A stretch of 64,000 bases of DNA, from assembly GCA_950097015.1 (NCBI GenBank), contig CATNEN010000039.1, positions 5,022,001 to 5,086,000 of the forward strand. Reading direction: 5' to 3'. The position numbers and the translations under genes are program-made. Every line of letters begins with the position of its first letter. Within the stretch, counting starts at the first letter, position 1. Below, piece by piece: positions 11,413 through 22,600 of the stretch. Below the pieces are notes generated by a model that was not told the DNA's origin, ran no database searches, and saw nothing but the letters and a program-made list of their open reading frames with translations. This stretch comes from Macrostomum hystrix (lineage: Eukaryota; Animalia; Platyhelminthes).

Positions 11413-12189
11413 GGTGCATTACTAATATTTTTGAAAGCCCTGTTTTTGTGTCTTCCAAAACACTTACCAAACTATTTTAAGTAGGCCAGTGCGGTTATCA
11501 ATAAAGTGTCAGCTTTGTAAGCAAAATAATTGGTCTCAAATATATTTAAAGAATAAATATCGTAGATAAAAACCAACAACTGAAAATAATCACTGCTGCT
11601 GCTGCTGCTGCTAAATAAAGAAAAACCAACAAAACAAAACAGAACATCGAGTAAACAGCTCGTACTACAGCGCTTATCAGTAAACAGAAGGTGTGAAATT
11701 TCTAATTGCTATACATTATGTAAGACGAGCTACGTGTACTTTTATTAACCACTGCGATCTGAGTCAGCTGATGATAATACTTTGTCTGGGGCAATGGACT
11801 AAGCAGCTAAATGGGCTCCTAAAAGAAATCGCGCATTTGTCTGCGACAGAAAGTTTAACAGGCGGGCAGGCTGGGGCTGCGCTTATGCGTCGGTTTGTTC
11901 GACATTCTTCTCTATCGGCGCGTCAAAGTGGAACTGGATCTGAAAATTCGGTAAAAGTGCATCAAATATAACAGTTTAACTCTTCATATAAAAACACTCT
12001 CAATTCATTAACTTTTTTTGGCGAATGGCAAACTGACTTTTCCTAGCAATAAAATTAGAGAGCCTAAAAAAGATCCAGGCAAAAAGATTGATAGCAGAAG
12101 AAACAAAAATTTGGATACGTGGAAAGACTAAATATTGATAGATTGGTAGAATGTGTTAAGCATAGAACCTAAACACTGATTAATGCGGA

Positions 12190-13115
12190 GAGAGCCTCAA
12201 CACAGATGGATGCGTACAGAGCCTAAGCACAGACGGATGCGAACAGAGCCTAAACACAGACGGATGCGTACAGAGCCTAAGCACAGACGGATGCGTACAG
12301 AGCCTAAACACAGACGGATGCGTACAGAGCCAAAACACAGACGGATGCGTACAGAGCCTAAGCACAGACGGATGCGTACAGAGCCTAAACACAGACGGAC
12401 GCGTACAGAGCCTAAACACAGACGGATGCGTACAGAGCCTAAGCACAGACGGATGCGAACAGAGCCTAAGCACAGACGGATGCGTACAGAGCCTAAGCAC
12501 AGACGGATGCGTACAGAGCCTAAACACAGACGGGTGTGTACAGAGCCAAAACACAGACGGATGCGTACAGAGCCTAAGCACAGACGGATGCGTACAGAGC
12601 CTAAACACAGACGGGTGTGTACAGAGCCAAAACACAGACGGATGCGTACAGAGCCTAAGCACAGACGGATGCGTACAGAGCCTAAACACAGACGGACGCG
12701 TACAGAGCCTAAACACAGACGGACGCGCACAGAGCCAAAGCCTAAACACAGACGGATGCGTACAGAGCCTAAGCACAGACGGATGCGTACAGAGCCTAAA
12801 CACAGACGGATGCGTACAGAGCCTAAACACAGACGGACGCGCACAGAGCCAAAGCCTAAACACAGACGGATGCGTACAGAGCCTAAACACAGACGGATGC
12901 GTACAGAGCCTAAACACAGACGGATGCGTACAGAGCCTAAACACAGACGGACGCGCACAGAGCCAAAGCCTAAACACAGACGGATGCGTACAGAGCCTAA
13001 ACACAGACGGATGCGTACAGAGCCTAAACACAGACGGATGCGTACAGAGCCTAAACACAGACGGACGCGCACAGAGCCAAAGCCTAAACACAGATGAATG
13101 CGGAGAGAGTCTAAA
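12190..13115. repeat. 27-bp minisatellite ACAGAGCCTAAACACAGACGGATGCGT with 33-bp variant units
   Basis: Tandem array; source of three overlapping repetitive ORFs. Confidence 0.97.
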
Positions 13116-13666
13116 CGGACATAAACGTGTAACGTAGTGGACCAAATTAATAAAAAACGGTTGCGTTTCAATGTTGTCAATACAATAAGATCCTCAAAAT
13201 TGAGCTATAAAATCCTGAAAACAAATTTTAAATAAGAAACGTAAAAACAGGAAAGAAAGAACGAGAAAACAAATTAAATGAACAACAACGTCAAACAAAC
13301 GAATAAGCTATCCTCAATTTCCATTATAAAGGTTTACTAAAACTTTTACCTCTGTTTCGGACGTTGTCCCACCGTCTGTTTAACCTTAATAGAGACATCG
13401 AAGTAGATTTAAATGTGCAATCGGTCTATGAGATAGTGCCAAACATTGCAGATTGTGAAAGGAAAATATTGGAAATATGACAACGGTAAGAATGCATGGC
13501 ACACAAACAAATAAAGCTCCACAAAGCACTACTATTAAAGTAGGATAGATGGATGTTTTTTTACCATAGATATTTTGATCTATAAAATAGGAAAAAAACA
13601 ACAGCAACCAATAATAAAATTTATAAGTTGGATTCTTCAGGCACCAAAAATAATTGTAACGTATTT

Positions 13667-16600
13667 TTAAGAGCCACAACATGAATAGCAGCGGATAAAA
13701 TTGGTTTGCTTTAAGAGGGGCTGTGCTGAGAGCAGCGAGCAGCTAGTCTTACTGCCTGGAGCAATCTCAATGCTGAATAGCACAGTGAGCACTATGCAGG
13801 TGATAAGCATTAGCAGCTGGATCACACTGCATAGGCCTGACAGTGACTGTTGATTGGCACCACTGCTGCTGCTGCTGTTGCTGTGCTTCCTGTCAGTCTA
13901 ATATAGCAGCAGTAAATGGCATTGTCGGAAATTTTTGTTTGTATTTATAAAAGCACTAAATTTCGTGCTTGCTTGAGCATCAGAAAACTACCAATGGCCA
14001 ATTACCGATGAAAACACCTCGTCTGTTTCAACAGACGAAGTCTGGGTTGAGCTCTGACTTTGCTGCTGCTGCTGATGCTGAGTAGACTCTTCTATTAGAA
14101 GCAGACTGAAAAAAGGAAAAGAAAGTGAATAATTTATTTTCACTCTACTCGCCACTAGTAGGCAATCTAGCCAGTTATGTCCCTTTTGTTAATAATAACT
14201 AATTCTACATGCATGCACAGAAACAGGAACGTTATTTGCACACGGGGCCAGCTAAATGAGCATCTCAGATTTCAGTGGGCTTCTCTCAATGCTATGCTGT
14301 TAGTCAAGAGCAAATACCAGGTTATGGTATGCTCAAAATACAACTGTGTTTACAAATATGTATTACAGTTAGGGTCAGATTGTACAGCTGTTCAGTCCAT
14401 GGACTGGACGACACACCCAGCCAAAATAAAATCCCAGCTATTGCGGGCATCCATTTTACAGTTGGATCGTCGTCACGCAGTGTACCCTTCAATGTGCCTT
14501 GGAGGTTGGCTCTCAATGGCGTAAATTGCACGACAAGCCCCCAAGCCTCCTCTCAGCGGCTGCGCCCCAAATTGAGGCCTCACCGCGGAATCGAACTCAG
14601 GTCTCAGGGACATTGAGTGCGAGGGGCAAACGCCTTAACCGCTCTGCCACTGACCCCTTCTGACAGACCGAGGTAATTATTACGAGTACCTCTGACAGTA
14701 ATAATTAAAAATAGGACAATAATTGGTTGCACAGTCCCATAGTATTTACTGGCTGAGCTAAAGCAATGCAAAGTTAAGTGTCTTGCTAAAAGGACACAGA
14801 TTGATCTGCGCCTGAAAAAGGAGGCGCATCGACCCTGTTCCAGTGGAGTCAGGAATCAAACCACCGACCTTCAAGTCGTGAGTCCGATGCTCAAACCACT
14901 AGGCCAGAACCTTTTTGGCACTATGAACCGAATCACTAGGGATTAAAGGTTTCCCCTTGGCTGAGATTCAAACACCCGACCTCACAGTTAACACAGGCGG
15001 AGGCCTCACCTGCTCAGCTCGTCGGCGGCCAGTCGGTCATCGAAGCTGTCAATGAGCTCGGACTCGAGCTCGGGGAATGACTCGGCTGACTGGAAATGAA
15101 TAGTGCCCGATGAATAGTGAACTCAATTAACTTTGAGCAACATTCGAAGAAAAACAACCAACTAAACTCAGCATGAACAATGACAACAATCGAAACAATG
15201 GACGCAATTTAAGTCTGCCCAACTCGACGGCTTACACCGGAGGCTCCGATTCCTGGCCGGCCGCCCAGCTTGGCCCTGGCGTAGATGAGCAGCGCCGAGT
15301 CCCTGTGACCGCTGTCCATTGCCGCTGTCAGCGCTGTGACGCCAGCGTTGTCGCGAAGCTCCACGTCGAGGCCCGGATGGGCTAGGAGGGCACGGACGCA
15401 GTCGATGTGACCCTGCGCAGGAGTGAGTGTTTGTGAGTGAGAAGGATTCCATGGAGTTAAGTAAATAACGCGAATAAAAGGAATGAAGGGAATGAAGGGA
15501 ATGAAGGGAATGAAGGAAATGAAGAGAATGAAGGGAATGAAGGGAATGAAGAGAATGAAGGGAATGAAGGGAATGAAGGTAATGAAGAGAATGAAGGGAA
15601 TGAAGGGAAATAAGGGAATGAAGGGAATGAAGGGAATGATGGGAATGATGGGAATGATGGGAATGAAGGGAATGAAGGGAATGATGGGAATGAAGGGAAC
15701 GAAGGGAATGAAGGGAAATAAGGGAATGAAGAGATTGAAGAGAATGAAGGGAATGAAGGGAATGAAGGGAAAGAAGGGAATGAAGGAATGAAGAGAATGA
15801 AAAAAGGACGGAAATGATGGTAATAAAGAGAGTGAAGGCAAGTAAAGAAAGAAGGCGATGAAGGGAAGGAAGGGTAAGCAAGTACTGATGGAAGGAGCAG
15901 GTGAGGCGCACCTGTTTAGCCGCAAGCATGAGGGCAGTCTGGCCCTCGTCGTCCTGCAGGTTGGGATCGGCTCCCAGCTGAAGTAGGAGGCGCATCGACT
16001 CCAGCCGGCCATTGGCTGCGGCCAGCATCAAAGCAGTCTGGCCGTTCAGCACGGCCCTGGCGTTGATGTCGGCGGAGGCCAAGGCGCTGGCGGCCTTGTG
16101 GGCCACCTCGGCCTCCTGGCTGTCTAACGTGTCTGTGTCGATAGACGAAGGCGAGGAGCCCGAAGGCGGCAGCGGCGGCAGGCGGCAGAGGCCCACGAGG
16201 ATGGGGGCGGAGTAGCCGGAGCGGTTGGCTCGGTCGGTCACGGTGACAAGGCCGGAGTCCAGAAGGGCCAGGACGAGGCGCCAGTTGGACTGGCTGACGG
16301 CGTAGTGCAGGATGGTGTTTCCCTGGACAAATGTAGCGAGAATGCAGGTGACATGAAAGCTTAATTGATTGGCACCTATCATTGCTCCTGAAATCTGAGT
16401 ACTTACATTTTCGTCTGTAAAGTTGACCATTTTCTCCAGCAGATTGCTTGATCGCTCAGCGATGCTGTTCATGAAGGCTGTCACCTCGTCTGCAGGTCGA
16501 TTGCGACTGATTTTGAACCATTCCGTCTTCACTGTGGATAAGGCATCGTTCTGAAAAGCGGAGAGGGTGAGGCAACAAATGAATCCACAGCCTATTTATG

Positions 16601-19600
16601 GGCTAAGGAGTAGGAAGTAGGTGTGAAGTCTAGGCCTCTATATCTTATTGATGACTATGCAAAGTAGGTGTGAAGTCTAGGCCTCTTTATCTTATCAATG
16701 ACTATGCAAAGTAGGTGTGAAGTCTAGTTCTTTTTATTTTAGTGATGATTGGGGTAGAATGTGTAAAAATGATAAGCCTACATGCGAAATTCAAATTTCT
16801 TCAAACTGCGCACGCTCACCAGTTCCTTAGCCCCAATGGTGGTGGAGTCTGTGTGCCAGGCGGCGAAAATTTCGCAAGCTTTGGCTACGCTTTCGCTAAA
16901 AGCAGCGCTCGGGGCGGGCGACTCGTCTGCTGATTCATCGGCTGAAGATATCGGCGACTCCGAGCTAGGAATGGCGAGCGTTGCCGACCCGCTTGCCGTT
17001 GCCGACTGCGGCTCTGGCCGCTCCTCGCTGAACCAATGGGAATTGGGGAGATTTATCAACTCAACCTGAGGATCTGAGGATATAGAATAATGGTAGATTT
17101 AAAATCCGCAACCATTGCGCGACGCTTCTAAAGGCTGTGTACAACTGTTCTGTCCGTGGACAGGGGGGCGTCAAACCCAGACCGATTCGAACTCCAGACC
17201 ACCTTAATAAATAATAAATGATAATTGCAGGAGGGCTGCGGGCAATGGCGTATCAATTGATGACACTAGACCAGCAGCCAGCGAGGAGACAATTCTGCCC
17301 ATTCCGCTGACTCCTGACACACACGCAAACAAATACCATACGCAAGGTATAATGAGTGGGTCTTTCACCGCATTGTTTTCCGCATGGTTTTCCGCACGGT
17401 TTTTTTTTCCGTGTAAAAATTAAAAAAATTTTGTATGGTGTAAAAATTGTACTGTGAAACTGTAATTTAATTTAATGGATGGTATGATATGACCTGGTAT
17501 AGTATTAATCTTTGTATGATGAAGTAGTCTATATGTTAGCATATGACATGATCTGGTATGATATGGTATGATATGGCATAATCTGTTATGATATGGCATG
17601 ATTTTGTATTATATGGCATGATATGGTATAATATGGCATGTTATGGTATGATATGGCATGATCTGGTAAGATATGACCTAGTATCATATAATCTTGTATG
17701 ATATAGTTGTTAGAATCTCTTTCATATGTTTGCTAAAAATGTTACCAAGGATTATTGCAGCACATGAGTGCTTTATTAAAGTCAGCATGATGCAAAAATA
17801 CAGGAAAAAAAACCATGCGGAAAACCATGCGGAAAACCATGCGGAAAACAATGCGGTGAAAGATTTATACGCAAGGTATACGCTCACACAGGTGTGGACA
17901 TCTGCCTTGACTCTCTCATAGTCAGGCAGCGTACACTCTCACTGTGCCATGGAGGTTGGCCCTCAATCGCGTAAATTGCACAAGCCCCCCAAGCCTTCTC
18001 TCCGCGGCTGCGCCCCAAATTAACAGTAAAACTACCAAAGGGGGGGGGAAATCCTGACCTGACAATTTTTTTGCTGCACTCGAACGATGCAAGCACACGA
18101 AACTCAAGAACACGGCCCAACTTTTTGTTGCACATCTTCTGAAACAAGAAACAAGTCGCCAGCTCTTCAGAACGTCGAGATATTCAATGTTTCTGGCCGA
18201 AGGTCCGATTTTTCCCATAAGAGCTAGTGTATTTCATACACCCCTATACACGAATTTGCACTGCGCCTCAGTGCGGCCTTTCCAGACCTTCAAACTTTAT
18301 CAGCATGTCACCCGAATGTGCCTGCATTATCTCCGACTTCGGTGGTCACCGACCTTTATCTAGATCTATCTCTCTAATCTATCTAGACCTTCAAGAGCTA
18401 CAACAGGTGGAACTAGGCCACTATGGACACCCTGACGCGAAGTTCTCCAATTTCACTGTTCAAGCCTAACTATTAGGCGCAGCTCAACCACAGGACACCC
18501 TCGATTAGTCAACCAATCAGTCACCCCCAAAGCTTCAGGCGCTGGCAAAAAACATTTTGGTAAAAAAACGGGCGGCAAAATGGCTTGGTAGTCCTACTGT
18601 TAATGTGGCCTCGCCGCGGAATTGGACTTAGGGACCTTGGCGCGAGAGGCAAACGCGTTAACAGCTCTGCGACTTGCCCCCCAAAGTAATGGGAACTACT
18701 TCGTAAGTGTCGACTCAAGGACAAAAATCTTCTTTTACTGAGCTTATCTCCCTTCAACAGGAAAACAGTTAAACCCTGTACAGTAATTGGCTGATAATTT
18801 AGTTTTACCCTAAGCTTTTTATAACAAATGAGTCAAGTAAGTCTGCACTCAAATATTTTAGGTAAAGAATTACCCATTTACGCAGTGCAGATTTCGTTTG
18901 AAAGGAAAAAGTAATTTCGTAATTATAGCCCTAGCTCGACTTTCCATTAAACGTCATTCTAATTGGCAAGCGTTTTACTACGCAGCGAATTTGCAAACAG
19001 ACGGAAAGAAAAATAGAAAGAAGAGCTAGTCAGAAAAAGGCACACAGCCAACAGAAGGGCAGTGATAAAGCATCTTCACGGGGGTTTTGACTGAGCTCAT
19101 TATAATAACTGCTTACCTGTCGTGAGCACAGGAACTATGCAAATCTGTGAGAGAATTTTTTTTACATCAAACAGGAAACTGACAGAGACCGACTCATGCG
19201 CGCGCATCGTAAAATGCGAATACGTACAGAGGCTGCTTCAGTCTGCATGTAGCACAATGAATCAGAAACTTGATGTCATAGCTGGACTTAAAGTAGGGCA
19301 GACAGACAGACAGACTGTTATAGAAAAGAATATAAACTAGTTGAGAATTGATGTCATGTAGCTAATCATTGAGCCTACAGATACTGAGCTAAAGCCACTG
19401 CATGGCCATCCACTCTTCATTTTAATATATTCAAAGTGAAATAATATGACACACTTGTCTAATACCATCAATTATTTTAATAGAAAAGCAAACAAAAAAG
19501 ATATTTGCACCGTAAAAGTTGAATAAAAACGATGCAACTAAATAAGAGGCAGCACAGAGCTCACAGAGACGGTCGCTAAAAGTTCGTTGCTCTGCTAGGA

Positions 19601-22600
19601 AACTCATTTTTTTAAGCAGCCACAAGTGGTCTGGGGCGGGGGTAAGTTGTGACAATGTAACAAATGGATTGCGCCAAACTGAGCGTGACTGAAACCTAAC
19701 TATAGAAATATAGCCATTGTAGCTTGCCTCTCAGATAGGTACAGTGCGACACGGTATGGTTTGACAGGCTTTACATAGGAGCGACAAACACAAACGTTCA
19801 ATAATTCAGTTCTTCCACTCTCACCCCTTCACCCTTCATCTCTCACCCCTTCATCTCTCACACTTCATCTCTCACCCTTCATCTCTCACCCTTCATCTCT
19901 CACCCTTCATCTCTCACCCTTCATCTCTCACCCTTCATCTCTCACACTTCATCTCTCACCCTTCATCTCTCACCCTTCATCTCTCACCCTTCATCTCTCA
20001 ACCTTCATCTCTCACCCTTCATCTCTCACCCCTTCAACCCTTCATCTCTCACCCCTTCAACCCTTCATCTCTAACCCCTTCAACCCTTCATCTCTCACCC
20101 ATTCAACCCTTCATCTCTCACCCCTTCAACCCTTCATCTCTAACCCCTTCAACCCTTCATCTCTAACCCCTTCAACCCTTCATCTCTCACCCCTTCAACC
20201 CTTCATCTCTAACCCCTTCAACCCTTAAAACTAAAATCTTGATTTATCATAAAAAATGAAATGCTTAAAATACTAAGCAAGCAAGCAAAAAGACAAAAAG
20301 AAGCGGAAACCAGTTTTTCCTTTAATTTCGTTTACGCAAAAAATGGGGTGAGCAATTTTTCACTCTTTCGCTACAACTAAAAAGAAATGGATTTAAAATA
20401 AAAAGCCAAAATAAAGAGCTGAAACCCACTAGACGCTTGTTTCTCTGCCTTTCTATATTTTGAATAGTTTATTTTATTACATATGCTTTCGACTCAAACC
20501 GCAGCCCGAGAATATGCATTCCAGTTTCTGCCTTGCACAATTCTGCTCCTCCGCCTCTAGCCAAGAAATGACAAATACCTAAAATAAACTAAAAGGTAAA
20601 GAAAATTACCCACCCAGCCAGATTGACTGTTCTTGAAAAAAAGAAACATAAAAACTTTTATGTAATTCGCTTAACTTATCCTAAAGTCAGGGGTGTGAGT
20701 TGCAGAGTGCCAACAGGTCTCGCATCCCTGAGTCCCTGAGCTCGCAGCCGCTAAGAGGCCATCTTAATTTGGGGCGCAGAGAAGGCTTGTGGGATTGTCG
20801 TACAATTTTTACAGCCACAATGAGAAGGTCAGGGTATATTTACACACCTGTGTGATTGCGCACCTGAGTAAAAAATGCTGCTGCTGAAGTGCCAGTACTC
20901 ACAGCGCCACCGCGAATATTATGTTCAACTAATCCGACATTCAATTAGTCAAATTCGTCATCAACAGTAGAAAGGCGTGAGAAAATGGCCATTCGTAGGA
21001 GCCGTGGGAAAATGCAATGCACCGCTGGGCTTCCAATTCACTAAGCAGTAGCTACTGTCAGAACTCGATGAACAAATTCAACAAGCAATTGGAAATTTAT
21101 TGTTGCCGAGCTGGCTTAGTGGCAGAGCGGTCTAGCGTATTTGCCTCTCGCACCAAGGTCCCTGAGCTCGAATACGTGGCGAGGCCACATTCATTTGGGG
21201 CGCAGCCGCAAAGACAAGGCTTTGGAGCTTGTTGTGCAACTGTACGCCCTTGAGGGCTAACCTACAGTGAGAGTGTACACTGCCTGACGATGAGAAAGTC
21301 AGGGCAGATGTACACACCTGTGCGAGCGTGTGCCTGCGTACAGTATGCGTGGGTGCTCAGGAGTCAGCGGAACGGGGTCGACTGTCACCAACTGTTGTGC
21401 CACAGCCCGGCTGCAAATATAATGATTAGTATAGCATAAAAGCTCACCGATCGGCCACTTTGATGGAGTTAAAGGTGACAGTCTTTGCCTTGGACTGTCC
21501 GGCGATACTGGATCGGCCGGCTGAAGTCAGAATGGATCTCGGTGGCTCGAGCGTTGTCGATGTTAAACCGCTGTCATCATTGTCGTGATTTCCGCTGTAT
21601 CGCCTAATCGGCGAATCGTCAGGCGCTGTTAGCCCGGGAATCTGGGTGCGCGCGTAGGGCCGCGGACCCAGCACCGACCATTCGAAACTCGACTGCTGCT
21701 GCTGCTTATGCTCAAGACTACGACTGCTACTACTCTCAATGCGAACCTGATGATGGCTGGTCACGTGGCGACTGCCAACGTTGCTAGACGTCGCCAGTTC
21801 GACAGTGCCGCGCTCAGTCAAAAGCGTTTCCGGCGAGGTATCAGTGTCGGCGTCGCGATACTTTGGATGCAGCGTATTCGTGGCAGCCTCGTAGCTGTAG
21901 ACTCGCTCTGTGAATGCGAACTTATTTGACATCAGAGATTTCGCTTGGGCTGAAACGTCGCGCAGTAGATGCTCGCGCACCTGGCGGACATCTGTGCGCA
22001 TTTCTTCCGAGTCGCCCGTGGCCTTCGACTCTGTGGTCGGCATTGGTGCCGAGGTGCCAACCGTCTGCGTTTCCGGCGATGTCTACCAATTGGATAAAAG
22101 ATAGGGAAATTTCGAGAATAAAGAAACCCGAATAAAACTTGAATATTCCTACATTCGAAATACGAGTAATGACGTGCTTAGCTAATGTAGTGCAACAGTT
22201 AACAAAAACCTGAGAGGTTGTAAAAAGCATCGTTGGAAAGTATATGTCCTGACAGACAGACCCCTTCTGAAAAATTGACGTCCTGACACACAGACCCTTT
22301 TCTCAAAGAAGGCGTACTGACAGACCGACCCTTTTTTGAAAGAGGTCGTCCTGGAGATGCTCATACTTTTTCGAAAAAAAGACAACAAATCATAAGGAGT
22401 TTTGGCCATTTTTGAAATACTCAATGCTTCATATGCGGGCATCAGTTTTGGTGGACATTCTACGACTTAATTTTTTTAATAGAAAGCTGAAATAATTTAA
22501 GAGCCTGAAATTCAACAAAGCTGAAGGCTCCCTACCTGCTGTCCGCAACACTTTACGTCCCGCCGAAGTAGCAGACTAATCAGGCTAACCAGCTCTACGG

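Larger units (their letters stand above)
17206..18682 (-). mobile_element. Single SINE family A copy split into three pieces (17206-17351, 17867-18023, 18600-18682) by two nested insertions
   Basis: Removing the two inserts restores a contiguous family A sequence from tRNA head to tail. Confidence 0.85.

Noticed and set aside
13667-13760. Calling the KANK tail a true KASH domain
   Set aside because: TM plus short tail and Cys spacing fit, but the essential C-terminal PPPX motif is absent; kept only as a generic tail anchor.
15168-16532. 454-aa ORF taken as a single ankyrin protein with a His/Ser-rich tail
   Set aside because: It reads through two introns; the HSL repeat is the intronic 9-bp satellite, and spliced KANK explains the ankyrin parts.
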